From an uncultured bacterium (GTDB lineage Bacteria > UBP7 > UBA6624): a stretch of 64,000 nt of DNA. Position numbers and translations under genes: made by a program. The notes beneath the pieces were generated by a model that had not been told where the DNA came from, made no database searches, and worked only from the letters and a program-made list of their open reading frames with translations. This document shows, piece after piece, positions 49,971 through 60,567 of this stretch (its first letter is position 1; each line of letters begins with the position of its first letter). The DNA lies in the NCBI GenBank assembly GCA_964012435.1, contig CAXGSM010000002.1, forward strand, positions 19,952 to 83,951, read 5' to 3'.

Positions 49971-51332
49971 ATGTCTAGTAAACACCAAGAATTCAGAAAA
50001 CAATTACTAAAATATTGGAACTTGACTGAAGAGGAAGATAGGCAGGCAAGAACCCCCTCCCTAAAAACATTAACAAAAAAAAACCCGCCGAATACAGAAA
50101 AATTTGTGCAAAGGATGCTAAAAGCATCTAGCAAGAAAGAAAATATACTTATTTTTGGCGATAACGATCTTGATGGCTGTATGAGTGCAGCAATACTTTT
50201 AGACTCCATTCAAAATATTGGCTGTAATGCAAGAATCATATTCGCCAAGCATCACCACAATGATGGGCCTGGAATAAGGATGAAACACATTAAGGGAAGA
50301 TTGAAAAATATTGATATCATAATAACAATAGACTGTTCTGTTAGGGATAAAGAAGTAGTTGATGAGCTTGCAAAAAAAAACGTAGACCTATGGACAATAG
50401 ATCATCATCCTTATCAATTTGGTATCAAAGAACAATGTGTAAACTGTACTTTTGAAGGAGAACATTTTAAATACTACTGTGCGGCTGGGTTAGCTTTTCG
50501 AATATCATTAGAATTTCAAAAAATAAAACAAGACGAAACTAAAATTAAGAATCATCTCATCGGATGCATGCTTGCAACAATAGCAGATCATGTTCAGTTA
50601 AGAAAAGATAACAGAGCAATAGTCATATGCGGAATAAAAGAATGGTTTAAAACAGATCTTCCGGTATTTAAACTCCTACATTCAGAAGATAAAAAAGATA
50701 TTGGAAAAAACTTCAACAAAATAAGAAAGAAAGCAGTTTCGCCTTTAAATTCTTGCCCTAGGTATGATGACCCTCAAACAACAGTGGAATCAATATTCTG
50801 CAAAAATGAAATAAAAGCACTTGACATAGTCAGAAAAATAAAAAAATACAACTCAAAAAGAATAAACGAAGCAAAAAAAATGAACTCCTTAATGGAGGGT
50901 CAAAAACTGAAAAAAGACTGTATAAACGTTTTTTATCAAGAAGGCTTTTCGGCAATGTATGTCAGTCAGGTTGCAAGCAAAATATCCTTTCAAGAGCATT
51001 TGCCTTCCATAGTTTTTGCAAAATCAAATGATGGATGCTTAAGGGGCTCGGCAAGAAGTCCTGATGGATGCGAGATAAGAGACTTAGTCATTAGCGCTTT
51101 AGGCAAAATCGCAATAGATATAGGCGGACATCCACAAGCATTTGGCCTAACGATTAAAGAATCTAATTACGAAAAAGCAAAAAGCATTATAGAAAACTTA
51201 AAAATCAAATTCAACAAAGAGATCTATCAAAGTATAGCTTTAAATGATCTCTCGACAGAAGAAGCTTTGGAGATCATAAAAGAATACGAACCTTTCGGTT
51301 CAGCTTTTAAAAGGCCTAAAATTCATGGATAA
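49971..51332 (+). CDS. recJ: ssDNA exonuclease RecJ (short, DHH/DHHA1 core only)
   Basis: GDNDLDG, TIDC, IDHH, ATIAD, GSARS, GGH, EPFG; conserved secF-recJ-rel synteny. Confidence 0.85.
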   Translation: MSSKHQEFRKQLLKYWNLTEEEDRQARTPSLKTLTKKNPPNTEKFVQRMLKASSKKENILIFGDNDLDGCMSAAILLDSIQNIGCNARIIFAKHHHNDGPGIRMKHIKGRLKNIDIIITIDCSVRDKEVVDELAKKNVDLWTIDHHPYQFGIKEQCVNCTFEGEHFKYYCAAGLAFRISLEFQKIKQDETKIKNHLIGCMLATIADHVQLRKDNRAIVICGIKEWFKTDLPVFKLLHSEDKKDIGKNFNKIRKKAVSPLNSCPRYDDPQTTVESIFCKNEIKALDIVRKIKKYNSKRINEAKKMNSLMEGQKLKKDCINVFYQEGFSAMYVSQVASKISFQEHLPSIVFAKSNDGCLRGSARSPDGCEIRDLVISALGKIAIDIGGHPQAFGLTIKESNYEKAKSIIENLKIKFNKEIYQSIALNDLSTEEALEIIKEYEPFGSAFKRPKIHG

Positions 51333-53532
51333 TGAAAAAATATTCCCAATACCAAAAATAAAAAATAAAATTTTCTCTAAGGAAAAAAAAGATTTTTCAA
51401 ATTGGTTAAAAAAAATCAATAGAAAATATCCAAGAAAAGTAAATATGCCGATCGTAAAAGATGCATTTAATTTATCTCTTTTTGCGCACAGGGGTCAAAA
51501 AAGAGAAAATGGCGATAATTACATTAGCCATCCTTTGGCTGTTGCAAAAATAATGACTGAAGAAGTTTATGTTGATAATGAGACTGTATGCGCTGCCCTT
51601 TTGCATGATGTTTTAGAAGATACTGAAATAACAAGAAGTCAAATAAATGCTTATTTTGGAGAATCAATTTCAATACTAGTTAACAATGTTACAAAAATGA
51701 AAAATATCATCAATGAATCCTCAACGTTGAGAGAAGAAAATCTTAAAAAAATATTTCTATTAACATTTTCTGACCCAAGAACATTAATGATTAAAGTTTC
51801 CGACAGGATACACAACTTAAGCACATTAGATGGGATAAAAGAACCAAAAAGAATCGAAAGAATAGTTAGAGAAAGTTCTAATTTTTACTCCCCTCTCTCT
51901 TCAAGATTTGGATTGAACAACTTAAAACAATCACTTGATGATCAAATATTTAAAATATTAAACCAAGAAGAATACGCTGAAACTTACAAAACAATCAAAA
52001 ATATAGCCCCTAGAAAAAAAAGGGCTCTCTCTATCGTTTCAAAAAAAATACAAAACAAAATCAAAAAAGATTTTCCAAAATGTGAATTCAAAATAAAAAA
52101 TCGAAAAAAAAGTATTCATAGTATATGGCGGAAAAAAATTGAACAAAACTTAAACTTTGAAGAGATTAGAGATATTTATGCAATAAGAATAATCGCAAAA
52201 ACAAGAAACGACTGCTATAAAATCTTGGGATCAGTCCATTCCCAATATGAACCAATGCAAGGATTTTTTCATGATTACATAGCCGCACCAAAAAATAATG
52301 GCTATCAATCAATACATACCGTAATAACAACAAAAATAATGCCTTTTGTTGAGGTTCAAATAAGAACAGCAGAGATGAATGAAATCTGTGAATGGGGCGA
52401 AGCCGCACATTGGATATATAAAAAAGATACCATGAATCCCTCTATAGAAAAGAATCTGAAAAAAATGCAAAAAGCAAGAGTTAACTTTAAGTTTGGAGTA
52501 AAAAAAGAAGAGACCAAGGGTTTTATTGACGAATTAAAAAACAATTTTTTTCAAGAAAGAATATTTGTGTATACACCAAAAGGTGACAAAATCAGCCTTC
52601 CAAAAAATGCAACGGCCTTGGATTTTGCTTTTGCAGTCCATTCTGAACTAGGTTCAAAAACAAAAAAAATAAAAATCAATGGGAAAATTGAAAAACTGCA
52701 TAAGAAATTAAAAATTGGTGATGAGGTTGAAATAATCAAAAATTCAAAAACCTCAATTAAGCCAAACTGGATATTTAAAACAATTACATCGCAAGCAAAA
52801 AGAGAAATCAAGAATCATCTTAGAAAAATCAACAGAACAAGAATTGAAAAGTCAGGAAAAATAAAATTAAATGAGATAATCAAAGAAAAAGGCTTGTATC
52901 ACCTACATCTGACAAACACGCAAAATTTAAAAGATAGTAAAATTTTTAACGATCTCTTGATTCAGGATAAAAACGATCTTTTTTACAGGATTGGAGTTGA
53001 GGCTTTGGATCTAGAACTCTTGCTGGAACAACTTCTTGTCGAAAAGCAAGAAAAAATAAAAAAAGGCAAAATTCCAACGCGTAAAAAAAATCCTTCGCTA
53101 AACGAAAGCAGATTTATTTTTAAAAAAATAAAATACAAAAAAATATCAATATGCAAAAAAACAAGACCAATACCAGGTGACAATATTGTTGGAATTTTAG
53201 AAAATGAAAACTTAATAATCAAAAGAAAAATGAATGAAAAATCAAAAAAACATCTAGAGGTAAGATGGAATACAAGAGAAAAAAATATATACCAATCTGA
53301 GATAATACTTACACTTTTAAACAGAAAAGGTTCACTTTTTGAAGTTTTAGAAACGTTAAAAAAACTAAATATAAACATACTAAACTCTGTAACAGAAGTT
53401 AAACCGATCAAGCCTGAAGTTGGTTATGTAAAATGCATGATAGAGATAGAAAACCTATCTATATTGAATAATGTATTAAAAAGCTTAAAGAAAGTTGATT
53501 GCGTAATAGAGGCAAGAAGGTCTGTCACATAA
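51325..53532 (+). CDS. rel: Bifunctional (p)ppGpp synthetase/hydrolase Rel
   Basis: H.GQ.R..G..YI.HP, LLHDVLEDT, DRIHN, YIAAPK.NGYQS.HT, EVQIRT, TGS (VYTPKG...DFAFAVH), C-terminal ACT. Confidence 0.96.
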   Translation: MDNEKIFPIPKIKNKIFSKEKKDFSNWLKKINRKYPRKVNMPIVKDAFNLSLFAHRGQKRENGDNYISHPLAVAKIMTEEVYVDNETVCAALLHDVLEDTEITRSQINAYFGESISILVNNVTKMKNIINESSTLREENLKKIFLLTFSDPRTLMIKVSDRIHNLSTLDGIKEPKRIERIVRESSNFYSPLSSRFGLNNLKQSLDDQIFKILNQEEYAETYKTIKNIAPRKKRALSIVSKKIQNKIKKDFPKCEFKIKNRKKSIHSIWRKKIEQNLNFEEIRDIYAIRIIAKTRNDCYKILGSVHSQYEPMQGFFHDYIAAPKNNGYQSIHTVITTKIMPFVEVQIRTAEMNEICEWGEAAHWIYKKDTMNPSIEKNLKKMQKARVNFKFGVKKEETKGFIDELKNNFFQERIFVYTPKGDKISLPKNATALDFAFAVHSELGSKTKKIKINGKIEKLHKKLKIGDEVEIIKNSKTSIKPNWIFKTITSQAKREIKNHLRKINRTRIEKSGKIKLNEIIKEKGLYHLHLTNTQNLKDSKIFNDLLIQDKNDLFYRIGVEALDLELLLEQLLVEKQEKIKKGKIPTRKKNPSLNESRFIFKKIKYKKISICKKTRPIPGDNIVGILENENLIIKRKMNEKSKKHLEVRWNTREKNIYQSEIILTLLNRKGSLFEVLETLKKLNINILNSVTEVKPIKPEVGYVKCMIEIENLSILNNVLKSLKKVDCVIEARRSVT

Positions 53533-53963
53533 TGAAATGTATACTCATGAAAACAAAAAATATCAAAATAACATCAGGTAAAAAAAATCGTTCATTTTCA
53601 AAAGGACTTATTTTGATAATCGGTATAGAAAAGAATGACACAGCTGAGAAAAGCACAAAACTTTCTAAAATTATAAAAAAAACAGCAATATTTAACGATC
53701 ATGAAAATAAGATAAAAATAAGCCCCAGTGATAATACAGAAATCCTTGTTGTACCAAACTTTACACTTGTTGGAGAAGTAAAAAAAGGCAAAGTGCCAGA
53801 TTTTTCGAACTCGATGAAAGGCATTCAAGCAAACAAAATATTCAAAGATGTTTGCAAAAAGCTAAAAAATGAAAAATTCAAAGTCTTTGAAGGTTTCTTT
53901 GGTGAATATATGCAGGTAAAAAATACTATAGATGGTCCGGTTATCTACTCTTTTGAATTATGA
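53532..53963 (+). CDS. dtd: D-aminoacyl-tRNA deacylase
   Basis: KGL...IG, NFTL, KG..PDF, G.FG.YMQV, DGPV; follows rel. Confidence 0.88.
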   Translation: MKCILMKTKNIKITSGKKNRSFSKGLILIIGIEKNDTAEKSTKLSKIIKKTAIFNDHENKIKISPSDNTEILVVPNFTLVGEVKKGKVPDFSNSMKGIQANKIFKDVCKKLKNEKFKVFEGFFGEYMQVKNTIDGPVIYSFEL

Positions 53964-54619
53964 AAATTAAAAAATACAAAGACATAACAATAAGAAAATT
54001 TGAACAACCTCCATTTGGAACAAACACCTATCTCATGACTATTGAAAATGAGCAAGAAGCCATTCTTTTTGACCCTAGCGGAAACCCGGATGAGGTGATC
54101 AACAAGGCAAAAAAAGAAAATTTGAACATAAAAAAAATATATTTAACACATGGGCATTTGGATCATTGGATTGGTTCAAAAAAAATACAAGATTTTTTTG
54201 AATGCGACATTTATCTTCATGAAAAAGATTTTAAGCTCATTAATCCGGATTCAGGAAAAATGTTTGGATTATTTAATCTACCAACTCCAAAAAACATAAA
54301 AAAAATTAACTTAAATCAAATTCAAATTTCGACAAAAAGAACTTTACAAGTTTTAGAAACACCCGGACATTGTCCTGGGCATTTAACATTTACTGGAGAT
54401 GGTTATGTCATATCTGGAGATTTAATTTTTCAAAACTCCATAGGAAGGATGGATCTTCCTGGAGGCGATGAACAAGAAATGAAGAAATCTTTAAAAAAGT
54501 TTTTAGACCAGGTTCCTGAAGAATATGATTTATTGCCTGGACATGGTCCAATTACCCAATTAAAAACAGAAATTGAATACAATTTATATCTAAAAAAAGG
54601 ATGGTTAAGCCAAACATGA
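53960..54619 (+). CDS. MBL-fold metallo-hydrolase (GloB/YcbL-like)
   Basis: [34 protein letters not shown]. Confidence 0.93.
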   Translation: MKIKKYKDITIRKFEQPPFGTNTYLMTIENEQEAILFDPSGNPDEVINKAKKENLNIKKIYLTHGHLDHWIGSKKIQDFFECDIYLHEKDFKLINPDSGKMFGLFNLPTPKNIKKINLNQIQISTKRTLQVLETPGHCPGHLTFTGDGYVISGDLIFQNSIGRMDLPGGDEQEMKKSLKKFLDQVPEEYDLLPGHGPITQLKTEIEYNLYLKKGWLSQT

Positions 54620-56079
54620 CAAAAATAAACTGTAACAAAAATATAGTTAAACAATCTATCAAAACAAATATAGAAAATCTTATTGCTTCAGACTGTAAAG
54701 AAATGATTGATCTAGGTGAAAAAGATATCAGGATTTCAAAAAGAGAAATGCCTGGATTAACAGAGCTTTCAAGAGAATACAGAGAAAAACAACCGCTTAA
54801 GGGGGCTCGCATAACAGGATGTTTGCACATGACGGTACAAACAGCAATACTTATTGAAACATTGATTGATTTAGGAGCCGATATAAGATGGTCTTCATGT
54901 AATATTTTCTCAACGCAAGATCATGCAGCCTCATATATTGCTTCAAAAAATATTCCCGTTTTTGCATGGAAGGGTGAAACTTTAGAAGAATATTGGTGGT
55001 GCGTATTTCAATCATTAAATTGGCAAGGCGAAGGACCGGATTTAATTGTTGATGACGGAGGGGATGTAACATTACTAATACATCAAGGAATTGAATTTGA
55101 AAAAAACGGAAAACTTGCAGCTGAAAGCAGTCTAGACCAAAAGACAATAAACAACCTACTTAAAAAAGTTCATGATGAATATGGAAATAAATACTGGCAG
55201 CAAGTTTCAAAATCCATTAAAGGTGTAAGCGAAGAGACAACTACAGGTGTTTTAAGGTTAAACCAAATGCATAGCTCTGGAACTCTTCTTTTTCCTGCAA
55301 TTAATGTTAACGACTCAGTGACTAAAAGTAAATTTGATAACATATACGGATGCAGACATTCATTAGTTGATTCGTTGAATAGAGCAACAGATAATTTAAT
55401 AAGCGGCAAAAAAGCTCTTGTTTGTGGCTATGGTGACGTTGGAAAAGGCTCATGTGAATCACTCTTGGGTCAAAATGCCATTGTTGCAGTTGCTGAAATA
55501 GACCCAATATGTGCACTGCAAGCCTGCATGAAAGGTCTAAGGGTGATGACTGTCGAACAAGCTATCGAAGAAAATTTTGATATATATGTAACAGCTACAG
55601 GGAATAAAGATATTATTAATGTTGAACATATGAAAAAAATGAAAGTCAATTCAATAGTTTGCAACATAGGCCATTTTGATAATGAAATAGATATGGTTGG
55701 GCTTGAAAAAATGCTAGAAGAAAAAGAAGTAACAAGGGAAGAAATTAAGGAAAATGTTCATCTATGGAGTTTTGAAAAAGAGAAAACTTCAATAATAATA
55801 CTTGCTGAAGGAAGGCTCGTTAATCTATCCTGCGCTACAGGGCATCCCTCATTGGTCATGTCATGCTCATTTGCTAATCAAGTCTTGGCTCAAATTGACT
55901 TATTTAACAATAAGCATAAAATACAGGTAACAACATTGAGTAAAAAGCTAGATGAAAAAGTTGCACAACTGCACATGAAACACTTTGATGCAAAGCTTAC
56001 AAAATTGACTAAACCGCAAGGAGAATACATACAAGTTCCGGTTGAAGGTCCATACAAATCAGAAGAATATCGCTATTAG
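54616..56079 (+). CDS. ahcY: Adenosylhomocysteinase
   Basis: [68 protein letters not shown] overlap at 54616. Confidence 0.97.
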   Translation: MTKINCNKNIVKQSIKTNIENLIASDCKEMIDLGEKDIRISKREMPGLTELSREYREKQPLKGARITGCLHMTVQTAILIETLIDLGADIRWSSCNIFSTQDHAASYIASKNIPVFAWKGETLEEYWWCVFQSLNWQGEGPDLIVDDGGDVTLLIHQGIEFEKNGKLAAESSLDQKTINNLLKKVHDEYGNKYWQQVSKSIKGVSEETTTGVLRLNQMHSSGTLLFPAINVNDSVTKSKFDNIYGCRHSLVDSLNRATDNLISGKKALVCGYGDVGKGSCESLLGQNAIVAVAEIDPICALQACMKGLRVMTVEQAIEENFDIYVTATGNKDIINVEHMKKMKVNSIVCNIGHFDNEIDMVGLEKMLEEKEVTREEIKENVHLWSFEKEKTSIIILAEGRLVNLSCATGHPSLVMSCSFANQVLAQIDLFNNKHKIQVTTLSKKLDEKVAQLHMKHFDAKLTKLTKPQGEYIQVPVEGPYKSEEYRY

Positions 56080-56081
56080 AA

Positions 56082-57086
56082 ATGCATAAAAATGTTCTGG
56101 TTACCGGCGGTTGCGGCTTTATTGGCAGTGCCTTTTTAAGAAAATTTGTACCGAAATATAAAAATATAAACTTTCTGAATTTAGATTTATTAACATATGC
56201 TGGAAATAAAAAAAATGTTGAAAAAATAAAAAAATTTAATAATTATAAATTCATACACGGTGACATAAGAGATAAAGAAAAACTAAAAATAATTTTTAAA
56301 AATATTGATTCAGTTATTCATTTTGCTGCTGAATCTCATGTTGATAGGTCTATAGACAATTCTGATGATTTCATAAAAACAAACATACTTGGAACACATT
56401 GCCTTCTTGAAGAATCAAGAAGAAATAATATTACTAAATTTATTGCAATAAGCACTGATGAAGTTTATGGCTCTCTCTCGGAATCGGATAAACCCAGTAT
56501 AGAAAATGATAAACTTAAACCAAGATCACCCTACTCTGCATCCAAGGCATCTTCAGACCTTCTTTGCCTCTCCTATTATGAAACATTTGGAATGCATGTA
56601 TGCATTACTCGATGTTCAAATAATTATGGCCCGTATCAATATCCAGAAAAATTAATACCTGTAATAATCAAAAAAACATTAAACAATGAAAAAGTACCTA
56701 TGTATGGAGATGGAAAAAACATTAGAGATTGGATTCATGTTGATGATCACGTAGATGCCATAGAGGCAATTTGGCAAAAGGGGTCTGCTGGAGAGATTTA
56801 CAATATTGGAGGCGATTCTCCAAAAAGAAATATAGAAATAGCAAAAAAAATACTAGCTCTCCTAGGCAAGGATCAAAAGAATATTGAATTTGTAAAAGAC
56901 AGACCTGGTCATGATTGGAGATATGAAGTAAATCATAAAAAAATAAAAAATAATCTAAATTGGAATCCAAAAATCAACTTTTCACAAGGTGTTGAAGATA
57001 CAGTTCAATGGTATATTGAAAATGAAGACTGGTGGAAACCTTTATTAAAAGAAGCGGGAGGAAGAAGAGGCTTAAAAAATGAATAG
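56082..57086 (+). CDS. rfbB: dTDP-glucose 4,6-dehydratase
   Basis: TGGCGFIG, LTYAGN, HFAAESHVDRSI, STDEVYG, YSASK, RCSNNYGP.Q.PEK, DRPGHD.RY. Confidence 0.96.
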   Translation: MHKNVLVTGGCGFIGSAFLRKFVPKYKNINFLNLDLLTYAGNKKNVEKIKKFNNYKFIHGDIRDKEKLKIIFKNIDSVIHFAAESHVDRSIDNSDDFIKTNILGTHCLLEESRRNNITKFIAISTDEVYGSLSESDKPSIENDKLKPRSPYSASKASSDLLCLSYYETFGMHVCITRCSNNYGPYQYPEKLIPVIIKKTLNNEKVPMYGDGKNIRDWIHVDDHVDAIEAIWQKGSAGEIYNIGGDSPKRNIEIAKKILALLGKDQKNIEFVKDRPGHDWRYEVNHKKIKNNLNWNPKINFSQGVEDTVQWYIENEDWWKPLLKEAGGRRGLKNE

Positions 57087-58026
57087 AAGAAAAATAAGTA
57101 AACTTCTAGGAGCTCTTCTTTTAATAATATTCATTGGAACTGAAGCTTTTAAAAAATGGGAAGGGCTGGAAACAGCGGATGCACTTTATCTAACTGTAAC
57201 AACAATAAGCACTGTCGGCAATGTTGCTGGTCCTGAAACAAATGTAGGAAAACTTATAGGAATGCTTCTGATAATGAGTGGTCTTTCTGTTTTTTCACTT
57301 GTTGTTATTGAAACAACAAAAGCAATTTCAGACGGACATTTTCGAAAAATCTACAGGAGAGGAAAAATGGAACAAACAATAAAAAAAATATCAAAACACG
57401 TCATAATATGTGGGCTAGGAAGGATGGGTTCAAAAGTGATGGATGAACTTCAAAAATCAAATAAAAAATTTGTCATTATTGAAAAAAATCAAGAAACAGT
57501 GTCAGGTCTTGAAAATCAAGATACTTTGTATGTTTTAGGTGATGCAACAATTGACGAAGTTTTGATAAAAGCAGGTGTACAAAAAGCTAGCGGTTTGATA
57601 GCGTGTCTTGGTTCTGATTCGGAAAATGTTTTCCTAACCCTCGCAGCAAGAAATCTATCTCCAAAGATATCAATAGTTGCTAGAGCTTTTTCAAAAGATG
57701 CCGTTGCAAGGCTTAGTCAAGCCGGCGCAAACAAGGTCATATCTCCATTTGAGCTTATTGGTCCTTGGTTGGCAAGAGCTGTTAAAAATCCAGAAAAACA
57801 TGATTTTTTAGAAATAATAACTAATTCAAGTTCAAAAAATCCAATACATGAATTAGAAGTTGGTTCAAATTATCTTAACAACAAGACAATATCTGAAAGC
57901 AACATAAGAGAACAAGAAAAAGGAATAGTTCTTGCTGTAAGAAGGAAAGGGGAAACACATCTTAACCCTTCACCTGATTTCAAACTTAAAGAAAAAGACA
58001 AAATATTCATACTGAAAGAAAACTAA
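57079..58026 (+). CDS. 2TM potassium-channel homolog with RCK_N/RCK_C domains (atypical filter TVGNV)
   Basis: DALY.TVTTISTVG pore helix, HVIICGLGRMG, GDAT, AGA..VISP, C-terminal TrkA-C. Confidence 0.88.
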   Translation: MNRRKISKLLGALLLIIFIGTEAFKKWEGLETADALYLTVTTISTVGNVAGPETNVGKLIGMLLIMSGLSVFSLVVIETTKAISDGHFRKIYRRGKMEQTIKKISKHVIICGLGRMGSKVMDELQKSNKKFVIIEKNQETVSGLENQDTLYVLGDATIDEVLIKAGVQKASGLIACLGSDSENVFLTLAARNLSPKISIVARAFSKDAVARLSQAGANKVISPFELIGPWLARAVKNPEKHDFLEIITNSSSKNPIHELEVGSNYLNNKTISESNIREQEKGIVLAVRRKGETHLNPSPDFKLKEKDKIFILKEN

Positions 58027-58027
58027 A

Positions 58028-58609
58028 TTGAAAAAAATACTTTTTGCAACACATTCGAAAGGAAAAATAAAAGAATTTCGTAGGTTTATCAAAAACTGTA
58101 AAGTTTTCTCTTTAAATGATTTGAACTTGAAAGACATACCTGAAGAAAATGGAAAAACATTTGAAGAAAATGCCCTTATAAAAGCGAATTACTGGCAAAA
58201 TAAAATCAGTCATTCATTTGTAATTGTTGCAGAGGATGCTGGTATAGAAGTTGATGCTCTGAATGGAAAACCTGGAGTGCATTCTGCAAGGTATGCAAAA
58301 AATGAAAAAGAAGCAAATCGAAAAATGCTTAAAGAGATGAAAGATATTGCCGAAAACAAAAGGACAGCTAGGTACGTTTCTGTTTTTGCAATCGTACAAC
58401 ATGGTGATTCAGATATTCTTTGGAGGGCAACATGTGAAGGCTCAATATTAAAGAAGCCTAGTGGAAAAAAAGGTTTTGGCTACGATCCTATATTTTTCAG
58501 CAACTCGTTAAAAAAAAGCTTTGGAGATGTTTCCTCGAGCGAAAAAGATTTTGTGTCTCATAGAGGTAAAAATCTTAAGAAGCTGCAAGAATGGATAGAT
58601 TCAAAATAA
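58028..58609 (+). CDS. rdgB: Non-canonical purine NTP pyrophosphatase (RdgB/HAM1)
   Basis: AT..KGK..E, E.G.TFEENA..KA, EDAG, PGVHSARY, GFGYDPIF, SHRG. Confidence 0.95.
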   Translation: MKKILFATHSKGKIKEFRRFIKNCKVFSLNDLNLKDIPEENGKTFEENALIKANYWQNKISHSFVIVAEDAGIEVDALNGKPGVHSARYAKNEKEANRKMLKEMKDIAENKRTARYVSVFAIVQHGDSDILWRATCEGSILKKPSGKKGFGYDPIFFSNSLKKSFGDVSSSEKDFVSHRGKNLKKLQEWIDSK

Positions 58610-58610
58610 A

Positions 58611-59687
58611 CTAACTAATCATCTTCCTAAATTTAGAAAAAATATCCAAACTATCTAAAGGCCCCGGGCTTGCTTCAGGATGAAATTGAATAGCCATTGC
58701 TGGAAAGCTCTTATGAGCTATTCCTTCGACAGTATTGTCATTTAAAGCTGTATGAGTTACATATAAATCAGTATCTTTCAAACTGTTTGGATCAACAGAA
58801 TATCCATGATTCTGAGTTGTTATAACTGCTTTTCCAGTTGCATCGTCACGAACAGGATGATTGCCACCCCTATGACCAAATTTTAATTTAAACGTATCTC
58901 CTCCAAAAGCTAAAGCAAGGAGCTGGTGTCCTAAACAAATTCCTAAATAGGGTTTTGATTCAGCAAGCGTCTTTACAGTTTTTAAAACACCTCCAATTGC
59001 TTTTGGGTCACCTGGACCAGGGCTTACAACAACTGCATGAGGGTCATCATTAAGAATATCCTCTGCTGATGTTGAATAAGGATACTGGATAACATTAAAA
59101 CCCTCATCCAAAAGATAATTAATGATTGATTTTTTAACCCCAAGATCCAAAAGAGCTACAGTGGGACCTTTACCCTTGTGCACAATTTTCTTTTTAGTGC
59201 TCACGTCATGAACTAAGTTTAAACTTTCAATAGGTGGTGAATCTTTTACAAGGCTCAAGAGACTGTCTCCATCCTCAACTGATGAAATTCCGCCAGGAAC
59301 AACACCTTTTGATCTTATTTTCTGAGTTAAAGATCTTGTATCTATCTCAGATATACCTGTTATGTTCTTATCTGTTAACCATTTATCAAGACCTTCTCTT
59401 TTCTCAGTTTGTAAACCATGAAACTCTTTAATTATCAAACCTCTTGCAGCTTTACAATCAGACTCGTTAAACCCTTCTGAAACTCCATAATTTCCAATCA
59501 TGGGGTATGTAAAGGTCACAATTTGACCAGCATACGAAGGATCAGTTAAAACCTCTTGATAACCAGTCATATTTGTTGTAAATACTATCTCACCTAAAAC
59601 AGTTCCCTTTTTGCCTATAGCTAAACCCTCATAGATTGAACCATCATCAAGTGTCAAAAAAGCTTTATCCAAAATTGCCTCCTTCAC
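58611..59687 (-). CDS. carA: Carbamoyl-phosphate synthase small subunit
   Basis: GEIVF.T.MTGYQE.LTDPSY, SPGPGDP, GICLGHQ, FGHRGGNHPV, QNHGY, QFHPEASPGP. Confidence 0.97.
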   Translation of the reverse strand: MKEAILDKAFLTLDDGSIYEGLAIGKKGTVLGEIVFTTNMTGYQEVLTDPSYAGQIVTFTYPMIGNYGVSEGFNESDCKAARGLIIKEFHGLQTEKREGLDKWLTDKNITGISEIDTRSLTQKIRSKGVVPGGISSVEDGDSLLSLVKDSPPIESLNLVHDVSTKKKIVHKGKGPTVALLDLGVKKSIINYLLDEGFNVIQYPYSTSAEDILNDDPHAVVVSPGPGDPKAIGGVLKTVKTLAESKPYLGICLGHQLLALAFGGDTFKLKFGHRGGNHPVRDDATGKAVITTQNHGYSVDPNSLKDTDLYVTHTALNDNTVEGIAHKSFPAMAIQFHPEASPGPLDSLDIFSKFRKMIS

Positions 59688-60567
59688 TCAAGTATTTTAT
59701 TACTGCTGCCCTTCCATACAAACCCCAATTTACCTGATTGAAAATAAGGGATCTTTCATGTTTTAAAAGGTCTGAAGAGATATCAACACCCAACATAACA
59801 GGACCTGGTGCCATTAAATACTGATTCTCATTTAAGGAATTTACTGTAATGTCAGAATAAGATTTTAAAATTTCTGTATCAGTGGAGCTCCATCTTTCAG
59901 ATTGAGGTCTTAAAACATACAAAACATCAGAATAATCTTGTGCTTCTTGAAGGGTGTCAAAAGAATTTAAATCACTTTTGAAGCTTGATGTTGGCAGCAA
60001 AGACAAATCAACGCCTAAAGATGGCCACAAATTAATCAGGGAGTGTGCCACCCTGCTATGCTCAACATCTCCAATAATTGTTATCTTCTTGCCGCTTAGA
60101 CCGATTGAGTCCATCAAGCAAAAAGTGTCTCCAATCACCTGTGTTGGATGTTCACCCTTTCCATCTCCTGCATTGATTATCCACATGTCAACATCATTTA
60201 AAGCTTTGAGTTGTGATGGCAAAAATTCTTCAGATGACCTTAAAACAATACCATCTAACTCTAAAGAATTTAGATTCAAGACAGTTTCTTCTATCGATTC
60301 ACCTTTGGTTAAAGAAGAATTTTTAATATTAAAATCAATCGCCCTGCCACCTAATGCAAAAATAGCTTCATTGAAGGATGTTTTTGTTCTTGTTGATGGT
60401 TCTTGGAATATTAACGCTACAGTACCAACAGATTGTTCAATTAATGAATCTTGCAATAATTTACTCTTGCCAGTGTTTTTTAAATGTGAGGTCAGAGAGA
60501 ATAAAAAATCTAATTTATCTTTATTTAAATCTTTAGAACTTACTAAACCTCTCAAATCAACCAACAA
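59665..60567 (-). CDS. pyrB: Aspartate carbamoyltransferase catalytic subunit
   Basis: [40 protein letters not shown]. Confidence 0.93.
   Translation of the reverse strand: MLVDLRGLVSSKDLNKDKLDFLFSLTSHLKNTGKSKLLQDSLIEQSVGTVALIFQEPSTRTKTSFNEAIFALGGRAIDFNIKNSSLTKGESIEETVLNLNSLELDGIVLRSSEEFLPSQLKALNDVDMWIINAGDGKGEHPTQVIGDTFCLMDSIGLSGKKITIIGDVEHSRVAHSLINLWPSLGVDLSLLPTSSFKSDLNSFDTLQEAQDYSDVLYVLRPQSERWSSTDTEILKSYSDITVNSLNENQYLMAPGPVMLGVDISSDLLKHERSLIFNQVNWGLYGRAAVIKYLSEGGNFG

Noticed and set aside
54560..54620. SAH/SAM riboswitch upstream of ahcY
   Set aside because: ahcY overlaps the preceding gene, leaving no leader space or evident structure
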